Assembly: GCA_964510885.1 (NCBI GenBank)
Contig: CAZEDL010000007.1
Span: 13,999-77,998 of the forward strand
Direction of reading: 5' to 3'
Length of the DNA stretch: 64,000 nt
Source of the DNA: an uncultured Gammaproteobacteria bacterium
GTDB lineage: Bacteria > Patescibacteriota > Patescibacteriia > Magasanikbacterales > GWA2-37-8
Shown here one piece after another: positions 8,792-17,705 of the stretch. The notes under the pieces were generated by a model that was not told where the DNA came from, did not search any database, and worked only from the letters and a program-made list of their open reading frames with translations. The position numbers and the translations under genes were made by a program. Numbering within the stretch: position 1 is the first letter of the stretch; the number at the start of each line of letters is the position of its first letter.

Positions 8792-9556
8792 TTAAAACTT
8801 TCGATTCCGCCCCACAATCATTTGAGCCCGATAATTGGCCAGCTTGATCGTGAGCTTTACTTCTTTACTCAGCTTGCCGTCGGCTTCTACCGTAAACGGC
8901 TCCCGAGCCGTAATGGTCATATGCTCGAACGGAAAGATACTTGGCTCCTCATAGGTATACCCCCACCACCGCTTTTTTGTCAATGGTCGAAGGAAGGCTT
9001 CGAGCTTCCGATCCTGGGGATGAACCACCTGCTCAGCCTGCGGGGCTGTCGCTCTTGTCCAATAAAATGGCTTCAAATTACACACCACCACCTCCAGACG
9101 ATCTTTTGCGCTTACCACAAATCTCTCGTCATAACATACTTCCACCGGCGCCGGATGCACTCGGAGCTGACCGATAAAGTATCGCCCATTCATCCAACCG
9201 ACATCGAGTTCTTGTAGACGGCGTTTCGACAGCACATCGCAAGCATCAGCCCCAGTTGGGATACCAAGAATTTCAGCAATCGAGTTATTACCACCTACCG
9301 GCAAAAATCCAAAGGTACAGGGCAAATTGGCGCTGCGCGACAACACCGCACCGAACGTATCATCATTACCGGTGATCACGATCGTTTTAGCGCCACGCTT
9401 GATCTCTTCTTCAATAATCCCTTTTGCATCTGTATAATTATTGAGGCGAATAATTTTACCAGCGATCCCATGATCAGTTAACCGAACTTCGATCGCCTTC
9501 AGAATCGGCAAATATTTCTTATTACGTAAAAATTGGTCGTACAGGTAGACATACAT
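8792..9556 (-). CDS. Diacylglycerol/lipid kinase catalytic-domain protein (YegS/BmrU family)
   Basis: GAKTIVITGNDDTFGAVLSRSA...FLPVGGNNSIAEILGIPTGADACD. DAGK_cat-like motifs. Confidence 0.65.
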   Translation of the reverse strand: MYVYLYDQFLRNKKYLPILKAIEVRLTDHGIAGKIIRLNNYTDAKGIIEEEIKRGAKTIVITGNDDTFGAVLSRSANLPCTFGFLPVGGNNSIAEILGIPTGADACDVLSKRRLQELDVGWMNGRYFIGQLRVHPAPVEVCYDERFVVSAKDRLEVVVCNLKPFYWTRATAPQAEQVVHPQDRKLEAFLRPLTKKRWWGYTYEEPSIFPFEHMTITAREPFTVEADGKLSKEVKLTIKLANYRAQMIVGRNRKF

Positions 9557-9589
9557 ACCGCTAGGTCACTTACATTCTGCCGTTCGGAT

Positions 9590-10069
9590 TTAGACGAGTG
9601 GAGCGTCTTCCATCTTTTTCATCCCGCCGCTGCGCGGAGCCCGCGACCTACCCTCTGTTCCTTCGAGTCCCGGCATCGATACTTTTCCATATAGCAAAGC
9701 GCCAGCTTCAATCACCAGTACTCGCGCCTCGATATCACCGAGAATTTTAGCCGTCGCAGTGAGTTCAAGCGACTCCTTAACTTTTATATTTCCTTTGATC
9801 TCGCCGGCAATCTTAGCGCTACCGGCACGGACATTAGCCACAATTTTGGCTCCTGGTTCAACGAGTAAAAACCGGCTGGTAGTGACACTGCCCGACACCG
9901 AACCCTTCACCACAATATTGCCTTCCGAAGCAAAATCTCCCTCTACATTCACGGATGGTCCAACCACCGTTTCTACCTCATCAGGACGTTCCATCGACAT
10001 CATCATGTCATCATCAAGAAGCGGCATCGGCTCTGACAATGGTTTGGGGGGATTTTTTTGAAAAATCAT
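9590..10069 (-). CDS. Bactofilin-like polymer-forming cytoskeletal protein
   Basis: Beta-helical repeat region GPSVNVEGDFASEGNIVVKGSVSGSVTTSRFLLVEPGAKIVANVRAGSAKIAGEIKGNIKV (DUF583 pattern). Confidence 0.7.
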   Translation of the reverse strand: MIFQKNPPKPLSEPMPLLDDDMMMSMERPDEVETVVGPSVNVEGDFASEGNIVVKGSVSGSVTTSRFLLVEPGAKIVANVRAGSAKIAGEIKGNIKVKESLELTATAKILGDIEARVLVIEAGALLYGKVSMPGLEGTEGRSRAPRSGGMKKMEDAPLV

Positions 10070-10188
10070 ACTAGGTTAGAAGAAATAAAATTGATACAAA
10101 CAATCAATGGCAGACCAGAGTAGTATACTGCTCAAGACAAAAAATAACAAGCCGAAATAATTTTTTGCTTGGACACAAAAAGTATCTA

Positions 10189-11817
10189 TCACGCGGAAGG
10201 TGTCATTACTTCATTGCCAGGTTGTAAATCAAGCGGTAGCCACAGGCCAAATTCGCTACCTTTGCCAAGCCCTTTACTCTTAGCCCAAAATCTACCACTA
10301 TGTGCTTCAATGAACATGCGACATACGTATAACCCGAGGCCAGTACCATTTACATTAATCCCTTTCACATTCTCACCGCGATAAAATTTTTGGAAAAAAT
10401 TTACTTCGTCTTGACGGTTAAAACCAAGGCCATGATCTTGAACTCGGACGGTCACCCCAGCTGCATCATTCTCGACCACAACCGCAACAGCACCTGTGTC
10501 GGAATACTTAATTGCGTTATCGACAAAATTAAACACTACATGGCGAATCTTTTCTTCATCAAACACAAATGTCAAAGGCTGCAGCTTAGGCCGCTGAATT
10601 TTTAGCCCCTTCTGCTCGGCGCGATTTTCCAGTTCATCAATCACACTCTTTACCGTAGCGGATATATCAGCCTCTTTGAATACAAATTTAGTTCTCCCTT
10701 GTTCGATGCGGGTAATATCCAAAAATTCATCCACTAATTTCACGAGCCGCCCATTGCTTTCGTCGATATTATCTAGAACATCTTTCATTTTAGCGGTCAC
10801 TTTCCCATAGGCACCGTCATAAATTAATTCCACATACCCATTGATAATTGATAATGGCGTGCGCAGCTGATGCGATGCGATCGATAAAAACTCGGTCTTT
10901 TGGCGGTCGAGCATTTGCAGTCGGACATTTGCCTTCTCAAGTGCCGCCACCAATTTAGTGACTTCCAACCGTTCCTGAATCTCTTTCTTCACACTGGCTA
11001 CCAAAAAATACCCGAGCAAGGCAACTAGTATAGCGAACGACATTTTAAATAACAAAATCGACCATGATCCAGAAAACAAACCTTCGAGGAGCAGGATCAC
11101 GATCAAAATTGATACCACGCCTTCGGTGGCAATCACTTTGATATCAAACAGGCCATACTTAAGCACGGCCACCGCAGTCATGCTTAGGAATAAAAATGCA
11201 TATATCGGAGCAAACTTAACGAACGAATCGTTGTTAAAAAATAAAACCGGCACCATAATAGTCAGAATGGTTAAACCAAGCATCAGGGCACTGCCAACCA
11301 AGACACAGCCTAATTGTTGGCGCGCCACCCCATGCGAACCGCGTAATTTTTTAATGAGCTGATATATGGCACTCACTGTAAAAAAAGTTGTCAGGAGTGC
11401 AAACGGCATCATTCCCGGCCCTGGCTGAGCCTGCGCAAGGCCATTGTGCACTGCAATCCGAGTAAATGTAAAAGGCGACACCGTAATTCCCATCACCACA
11501 ATCGTTGCCATGATCGTCGCTATAAATTTATTACGGCTGAGCTGTATAGTCTTTTCCGGCAGTGTATGGGCAAGTAAAAACAAAAGCATACTCATAAGTG
11601 CTGCACTGCATACTGTCAGACGCGTCCACCACAGGTCAGCCACCGGTGTAACAGACAGATACGTAGCCACGAGCCAGGCAGACATCACTACTCCTAATGC
11701 AAAAAATAACCGATGAATAGCGGTTTTGCGGTCCTGATTCAAAACAAAACTAACTAATAGTACATTAAGGATGATGACCCCAAGCAGAATCAGCAAGCGT
11801 GTTGAAAACAGATCCAT
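10189..11817 (-). CDS. Sensor histidine kinase with an N-terminal multi-TM sensor domain
   Basis: H-box EFLSIASHQLRTPLSIINGYVELI. HATPase_c motifs NAIKYSDTGAVAVVV and GTGLGLYVCRMFIEAHSGRFWAKS. About 6-7 N-terminal TM helices. No adjacent response regulator. Confidence 0.85.
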   Translation of the reverse strand: MDLFSTRLLILLGVIILNVLLVSFVLNQDRKTAIHRLFFALGVVMSAWLVATYLSVTPVADLWWTRLTVCSAALMSMLLFLLAHTLPEKTIQLSRNKFIATIMATIVVMGITVSPFTFTRIAVHNGLAQAQPGPGMMPFALLTTFFTVSAIYQLIKKLRGSHGVARQQLGCVLVGSALMLGLTILTIMVPVLFFNNDSFVKFAPIYAFLFLSMTAVAVLKYGLFDIKVIATEGVVSILIVILLLEGLFSGSWSILLFKMSFAILVALLGYFLVASVKKEIQERLEVTKLVAALEKANVRLQMLDRQKTEFLSIASHQLRTPLSIINGYVELIYDGAYGKVTAKMKDVLDNIDESNGRLVKLVDEFLDITRIEQGRTKFVFKEADISATVKSVIDELENRAEQKGLKIQRPKLQPLTFVFDEEKIRHVVFNFVDNAIKYSDTGAVAVVVENDAAGVTVRVQDHGLGFNRQDEVNFFQKFYRGENVKGINVNGTGLGLYVCRMFIEAHSGRFWAKSKGLGKGSEFGLWLPLDLQPGNEVMTPSA

Positions 11818-11835
11818 ATAATGTACGCACCTCTT

Positions 11836-12723
11836 TTACCCCAAGAAGGCCAGTAATTTTTCGGTAAAGAGCTTGCTCTGTTCGAGCGGCGGGACATGAC
11901 CGGTCTCCGGGAAAATGACAACGGTAGCATGCGGGAGATGTCTAAACTGCGGCTGGCTTTTAGCCAGTGGAACAGAAGTATCTTTTTCTCCCCAGATGAT
12001 CAAGACAGGTTGAGACACTCCTGGCAGCTCGACAGACAGATCAAGCTGTTTCTTCAAGCGGAAAAAAGAGGTTAAAGCATTAATAAATAAAATTGGATGA
12101 GATAGTTGATTTCGGAAAATACTTTCGTAAAAATATTCAAAAAACGCATCAGTCATTATATTTTTATCAACGAGCGGCTCTGCTAAAAACTCCTTCATAT
12201 GCTCGCGCGTCGGTGATAAGGGTTTGGCCGCTAAAAATTCGGCAAACGGACGCAGCGATACTAGACGATGTGAAACCGGCAAAAAACGACTAAACCCAAG
12301 TGAATCAACCAGTACAATTTTATCTACCATCACCGCCTTGCGGAGGGCCAAGCGCAGCGCAATCCACCCACCGAAAGAATGACCGATCACACTTACTGAC
12401 TGCAGGCCAAGCTGCTTGATACACTGCTCTACCACCTGAGCAAAATCTGTCTCTAGATCAAGGGTAGCCGAACCGATTTTGGTTGAACCGCCACATTCAG
12501 GCAAATCAAGCGCGTAGACAGTGTACTCGCGAGCTAAGTCAGCAATAGTAGTATACCACATTCCCCAGCCAATGTTGGCTCCGTGGATAAGTACCAATGG
12601 TTTTCCAGTCCCGGCTCGCACATAATTAATCTGACGGGCACCTACCTGTACCTGTTCTAACACGACCGGAACACCGAGTGATGCGACTAAGACTTCTTCA
12701 TGAGTCATAAAGAAAAATAGCAA
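11836..12723 (-). CDS. Alpha/beta-fold hydrolase
   Basis: Nucleophile elbow VIGHSFGGWIAL (GxSxG) plus HGxxxG-like LVLIHGANIGW. It is the first gene downstream in the five-gene operon. Confidence 0.75.
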   Translation of the reverse strand: MLFFFMTHEEVLVASLGVPVVLEQVQVGARQINYVRAGTGKPLVLIHGANIGWGMWYTTIADLAREYTVYALDLPECGGSTKIGSATLDLETDFAQVVEQCIKQLGLQSVSVIGHSFGGWIALRLALRKAVMVDKIVLVDSLGFSRFLPVSHRLVSLRPFAEFLAAKPLSPTREHMKEFLAEPLVDKNIMTDAFFEYFYESIFRNQLSHPILFINALTSFFRLKKQLDLSVELPGVSQPVLIIWGEKDTSVPLAKSQPQFRHLPHATVVIFPETGHVPPLEQSKLFTEKLLAFLG

Positions 12724-13815
12724 TTATAAACGAGTATTCAGACTAAAAATATCATCGAATGATACCAGCCAGGAGCCCTGCACCGGATCATTTAGCGCGA
12801 TCCGGCGCGCCAAATAGGCGCAGAATCCCGAAGCAATCGTTACCGTGCTCACCAGTTGCGGCCGACCAACTAGTGTTTTGCCGATCTCGGCCACCGAATC
12901 AAGCGCGCGCTGTGGAATATGAGAAACACCAGCCAGAGCCACGGCATATTTATGTTTATCAGTGGTGCTTAGATCAGGCGACGTCAAAATATCATTCGGC
13001 ACCTGCCCAGCCCGGCCATTAAAAAAAGGAGTATTCGGATCACAATCATACCGCTCCACATCCAAAATGACCCGATCGCCAATATTGGTGACCATAATCA
13101 CCGGTATGCGGGCCTCACGCGCCATTTGGCGCAAATATATTTTCATGGCAAAGCTGTCGATAATTTCAAAAATCAACTGGGGCTTTGGATCACCTAGGAC
13201 AAATTCAGATAACACCTCGGGCTGCAGCCCAGCGGTCATGAAACTGAGCTCCGCATACGGGTCAATTTCATATATTTGCTCAGCCACAATACCTATTTTG
13301 CGCTGGCCGATCTGATCAATCCGCGCCCGAATACGATTTAAATTAGAGGTTTCAAGTGTATCGAATTCCGCCAGTTTGATCTGTTTCGCCATTCCGCTAT
13401 AAGCCAAAGCCGTAGCCACTCCACTCCCAACCGATAGCCCCACCGCACCAACGCGAAATGCCCGAATCGTCTCTTGTTCCTCCGCTGTAATCAAATTTCG
13501 ATTGCGATTAGTGCGTAGCGCCAAATACTCGGCCTCAGTCACCGTATGCACCAATCGTCCGCTCCAGGGATAATAAATCCAATTCCCGAGAAGTTTGCCG
13601 TCCGTGCCATTTAGACACTGCAGAATAAAGTCTGCGCGCTTATTGGCAAAAGCCGGGTCATTAATAAGTTCGGCATGAGTAATCTCAAATAACTCTGCCA
13701 GCTGCCCCTGATACATATCCTGTTCTTTCCAGATTGGGTATGACGCTCTTAAACGAATGAGGTCGCTATCCGTGTAAGAACCTTCTGTCAAAATAATCGG
13801 TCGGGCGTGTTCCAT
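12724..13815 (-). CDS. ThiF/MoeB/E1-like adenylyltransferase with a ~110-aa N-terminal extension
   Basis: Rossmann GxGxxG VGAVGLSVGSGVATALAYSG. ThiF signature DFDTLETSNLNRIR. No CxxC. Its stop abuts the hydrolase start. Confidence 0.75.
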   Translation of the reverse strand: MEHARPIILTEGSYTDSDLIRLRASYPIWKEQDMYQGQLAELFEITHAELINDPAFANKRADFILQCLNGTDGKLLGNWIYYPWSGRLVHTVTEAEYLALRTNRNRNLITAEEQETIRAFRVGAVGLSVGSGVATALAYSGMAKQIKLAEFDTLETSNLNRIRARIDQIGQRKIGIVAEQIYEIDPYAELSFMTAGLQPEVLSEFVLGDPKPQLIFEIIDSFAMKIYLRQMAREARIPVIMVTNIGDRVILDVERYDCDPNTPFFNGRAGQVPNDILTSPDLSTTDKHKYAVALAGVSHIPQRALDSVAEIGKTLVGRPQLVSTVTIASGFCAYLARRIALNDPVQGSWLVSFDDIFSLNTRL

Positions 13816-13823
13816 AAAAAAAG

Positions 13824-15344
13824 TTACGTTTTCTTAGTCCATTTTTGTTTACCACCGGGTTTAAAATGCTCTGGATGCTGATACTGCCATAGCACCAAAC
13901 GCGGCACCACTTTATGGCGAATCCCCGGATCAGCATAAAAATCACGCCACTCTGAGTTTTCTTCATGGAGTGTCTTAAGCACCGACTGATGGATCTGCTC
14001 TTCGAGAGGCGGGGCTGGCGTGATCCCAAATTTAAGTTCAACATTAATTTCTAAAAATTGATTTTGCTTGTCATCATAAGGCGCGCGCATTGTAAATTTA
14101 GTGGTCAAAGCCGATTCGAGGCTCGGATGTTCGAGCGCCCGGCGGATACTTTCCGGATAAATATTTACACTATAGATACTAACCGTCAGATCTTTGCGCT
14201 CATAGACATGCACGAATGGCAAATTCCACAAACTTGATTGTAATCCTGCCTGCATAAATTCAGCACCAAGATCCACGCCTTCAGCCTGGCATGCGGACTG
14301 CACTTGTCCCAAGGTATGAATCCCACCTCGATCTTTTAAATCGTAGCGAATGAGTGGCAACCCACTCGCACTCGAGCACCATAGCTCACCTGCTATATCT
14401 TCAAAATAATAAAATTCTGGAATAAATTGGGCCAACGTCGGAAATTGCGACGGCGCCCCAAATAACGACTGATACAACGGTTCATGACGCCGCGCCAACC
14501 GGCGCAACAGAATGGTGGCCGGAGTTTCATGGGCCATAGTGCCCATATCAGCCGTCCCATAATGATTAAATGACCCCGTCCACTCGTCAGTAATGCCACA
14601 CTGCCGATTAATATAATCTCGGAACGTCTCACTGAATCCTTCGGCTGCAAAGAAAAACCGAATTGGGTACTCACTCCAGCAGAGGCCCTCCCGAGCCCCC
14701 TCATCAATCAAATCCTTAACAAGCGGCGGATACCCACCAATGATTACCTGGTCATACTGTTTGCCGAGACGGCGAATCGCTTTCAGTGCTTCTTCTTTAT
14801 ATGCGCCGGGCGTAATAATACTCAGTTTATAGGGCCGTTTATCAGCTATATATTTGAGCGCCTGATACATATACATGCCCCCGATCCATACTCCGAGTGC
14901 GAAACAATTAATAAACAACGTGCGCCGCCGGTGGATCTGCCAATACTCACGGAATAGTAATTCCGCTGTCAAAGCAAACTGATCATCTTGAGCTTGGCTG
15001 CGCGGAAAATAGAATGGTTCCCCGGTGGAACCGGAAGTAGAGGCAATCATGTGCGGTCGGTCAGCCAAAACCCCATCCCAACATAATTCGGGCAACGGAT
15101 AGCGCTGCAGGTAATTTTCTTTGCTGGTCGGCGGCAACTTTGTAAAATCATTCCAGGTGCGAATGCTGGCCGGAGAAATCGACTGCTGACGTAAAAAATC
15201 CTTATAGGCCGGTACCCGGGCAGCCATCGCCTGAAATAGGCGCAGCATGCGGCGCTGCCCGCGCTCTAACCAATACGTTGCGGGAGCTGATTTTAATTGA
15301 TGCAAAAATATATCCGGCAAAGACGGATCAGACAGCAGAGGCAT
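13824..15344 (-). CDS. Adenylate-forming enzyme of the PaaK/CapK/F390-synthetase-like (ANL) family
   Basis: AMP-binding P-loop MIASTSGSTGEPFYFPRS. 506 aa. The substrate cannot be called. Confidence 0.7.
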   Translation of the reverse strand: MPLLSDPSLPDIFLHQLKSAPATYWLERGQRRMLRLFQAMAARVPAYKDFLRQQSISPASIRTWNDFTKLPPTSKENYLQRYPLPELCWDGVLADRPHMIASTSGSTGEPFYFPRSQAQDDQFALTAELLFREYWQIHRRRTLFINCFALGVWIGGMYMYQALKYIADKRPYKLSIITPGAYKEEALKAIRRLGKQYDQVIIGGYPPLVKDLIDEGAREGLCWSEYPIRFFFAAEGFSETFRDYINRQCGITDEWTGSFNHYGTADMGTMAHETPATILLRRLARRHEPLYQSLFGAPSQFPTLAQFIPEFYYFEDIAGELWCSSASGLPLIRYDLKDRGGIHTLGQVQSACQAEGVDLGAEFMQAGLQSSLWNLPFVHVYERKDLTVSIYSVNIYPESIRRALEHPSLESALTTKFTMRAPYDDKQNQFLEINVELKFGITPAPPLEEQIHQSVLKTLHEENSEWRDFYADPGIRHKVVPRLVLWQYQHPEHFKPGGKQKWTKKT

Positions 15345-15345
15345 A

Positions 15346-16419
15346 CTAGGCAGACACTGGTCTAAGATTCAGAACAGAACCAACCAACCCATGGGCAATA
15401 TCATCAGCCACCACGATCGTCGGACGCCGCGTAGTTTGACTCCCACTGAGAACCGCTTCCATACGCGGCGAGATTTCCCGAATTTTCTGAAGAATCCGCT
15501 CCGGACTATGAATCTGGTTTTGATACTGATCAACCACACTGATGAGCCCACCAGCATTCACAATATAATCAGGCGCATATATGATACCACGCTCACTCAG
15601 CGCTTCTCCTATCTCTGCGGCCGCCAATTGATTATTAGCGGAACCAACTACCGCCCGACAATTCAACCGACTGATAGTGTGCTGATTCAAGATGCCCCCA
15701 AGTGCACAGGGCGAAAAAATATCAACTGGCTCGCTATAGATATCATCCGCAGACACCACGCGAACATTCGGAAATTCTTGTTTGATCGCCGCTAGTTTGT
15801 CTTGGTCAACATCGCTGACAGTAATCAATTGGGCCTCGGTATACAGCAGCTTGATCAATTCACCGCCAGTTTTCCCTGCCCCCTGAATTGCAAATCTACG
15901 TCCAGTCAATTCAGATGATCCGAAGAGGTGACGAAGGCACACTCTAATCGCCTGCAAGACCCCATAGGCTGTAAAATAGGCCGCATTGACTCCGTCGCCG
16001 ATAATAAATTCACTCGCACTGCGCATCGAATGCACATCATCGGGCCCCACTCCGATATCTGATCCAGTTACAAACCGCCCGCCTAGACGATTTACCTGTG
16101 CGCCATATGCTTTGAAATAAGCCTCTCGATCAACGATCCCTCCTGGCGGTTCACACAGCACTGCTTTGGCTCCTCCATAGGGCAAACCAGCCATAATTGA
16201 TTTATAAGACATTAATTTTGATAACCTGAGAGCATCGCGGAGCGCATCTTGAAGATGTGCATATGACCAGACGCGCGTAGCGCCGAGTGACGGCACATGT
16301 TCGCGCTCATTATAAATAGCAATAAATCCTCTTAATCCGACCGCTGGATCATCTAGTTCCACCACCGCGGTATGTCCACTAAACTCTGGAAAACTTTGAA
16401 TATCAGCTTGATGCAACAT
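15346..16419 (-). CDS. Glu/Leu/Phe/Val-type amino-acid dehydrogenase (Leu/Phe-DH-like)
   Basis: Catalytic-Lys motif KSIMAGLPYGGAKAVL. NAD(P) Rossmann motif FAIQGAGKTGGELIKLL. Confidence 0.8.
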   Translation of the reverse strand: MLHQADIQSFPEFSGHTAVVELDDPAVGLRGFIAIYNEREHVPSLGATRVWSYAHLQDALRDALRLSKLMSYKSIMAGLPYGGAKAVLCEPPGGIVDREAYFKAYGAQVNRLGGRFVTGSDIGVGPDDVHSMRSASEFIIGDGVNAAYFTAYGVLQAIRVCLRHLFGSSELTGRRFAIQGAGKTGGELIKLLYTEAQLITVSDVDQDKLAAIKQEFPNVRVVSADDIYSEPVDIFSPCALGGILNQHTISRLNCRAVVGSANNQLAAAEIGEALSERGIIYAPDYIVNAGGLISVVDQYQNQIHSPERILQKIREISPRMEAVLSGSQTTRRPTIVVADDIAHGLVGSVLNLRPVSA

Positions 16420-16516
16420 ATTTAAATAACCCCCTTATTATACCCCAATCAGATGGCTTCTCCTATGTGGGGTAGCGGGACCCCCTTAGGAATCAAGGTA
16501 TTAAATAATAAAATAA

Positions 16517-17599
16517 CTAATCTTTGGCCGACACTATCGCCTGTGCTGGTTGCAAGCGTGGACTATGCCCGAGCCGCCGGGCAGTTTTCCCCAATCGGCA
16601 CAAAACATACGGTTGATAACCATCTGGAACAAACTTTTTTACCTGCGGAGCGGCCGGATCATCCGGATGCGCAGAGGCGCTAACCGCCGTCTGAAAACCA
16701 GCGCGCTCGGCGCGCAAGAGGGTCTGCATAAGCAGGCGGCCAAGCTCAAGCTGCTGCCTATGGCCCCGGCCGCGCGCACTAAAAATCAATAGTATCGGTG
16801 TCTCGTCGCTCAATAATTTTTCCTCTGCACCTCTAATTTTTCGCATCACATTAGTGCGCCGGATCACACGAGATGCCAACAACGATAATAACAAAGGAAA
16901 ACCCATCGTAAACCCAGGCATACCATCGGGTGCTGACGTTAAATTATGCCGTTTATACCGGGCAATCTCAGAGCGAAAATCAGCCCCGTCAAACAACCGG
17001 ACGCGCCAATCCATAATAATCCGAGCCAATTCTTGCCGTCTGGCGCTATCACTCACCACATCAATCCGTGCTTCGTCAGTAGACGATGGCAAAATCTGAG
17101 CCAAAGTATCGGGGCTGATTGCGGACGATTCGTAGGGGGCGCGATTAGTTTCACGCCGGGGAATAGAAAAAATCAAATGATCATGTGGCACAGGCAGCGT
17201 GGGAGCACGATCCGCAGGCATCGCCTCCGTCAGAGTAAGTTCCGCCACTGCTTTGGATGATTCTCCCGCTGGGAAATAGCGCACAGTAAATCGCATCCCA
17301 AAATAATCCCCCGCGACGATGATATTTTCTAGCGCGGCCCCGAGCGCTATATACAACAGTCGGCCATCGCCATCTGCCACCGGTAACTCAATCGCGGGAT
17401 TTCTATAGATAGTAATAATTCGATCGGATACAGCAAATTGCCACGGCTGGCTATTATGGCTTGAGGGAGCCAACACCGCATAGTTCAACAAAAAAAACAA
17501 CTGGTCTGCAGTTGTTCCGGACGCCGGAAAATCAGCCGGGCTGATTGTCCAGGCTTTATAATTTGGTTTCGACCTACCAGCAGTAAAAAACAAGTTCAT
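16517..17599 (-). CDS. Double-domain nitroreductase-family FMN oxidoreductase (Acg/SagB-like architecture)
   Basis: LAPSSHNSQPWQF, the nitroreductase FMN-binding signature. 360 aa, consistent with two nitroreductase-like halves. Confidence 0.6.
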   Translation of the reverse strand: MNLFFTAGRSKPNYKAWTISPADFPASGTTADQLFFLLNYAVLAPSSHNSQPWQFAVSDRIITIYRNPAIELPVADGDGRLLYIALGAALENIIVAGDYFGMRFTVRYFPAGESSKAVAELTLTEAMPADRAPTLPVPHDHLIFSIPRRETNRAPYESSAISPDTLAQILPSSTDEARIDVVSDSARRQELARIIMDWRVRLFDGADFRSEIARYKRHNLTSAPDGMPGFTMGFPLLLSLLASRVIRRTNVMRKIRGAEEKLLSDETPILLIFSARGRGHRQQLELGRLLMQTLLRAERAGFQTAVSASAHPDDPAAPQVKKFVPDGYQPYVLCRLGKTARRLGHSPRLQPAQAIVSAKD

Positions 17600-17705
17600 A
17601 CATTAGGTAGCAGCGCACCGCTATCTAATTGCCACTGTACTAAATTTTAAAAATTACTGCAATGAATTTGTCTAAATGGATTGACTTATTTTAAGAGCTA
17701 GCTCC

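Noticed and set aside
8720-9217. 165-aa plus-strand ORF
   Set aside because: It overlaps the tRNA-Leu gene and is antisense to the well-supported DAGK-like CDS.
12724-17599. Interpreting the operon as a TOMM (thiazole/oxazole) cluster (SagB-like dehydrogenase plus SagC/E1-like)
   Set aside because: No YcaO-domain cyclodehydratase is present. The 506-aa protein has an ANL P-loop (TSGSTGEP), not YcaO motifs. The idea is kept only as one of several hypotheses in the finding.
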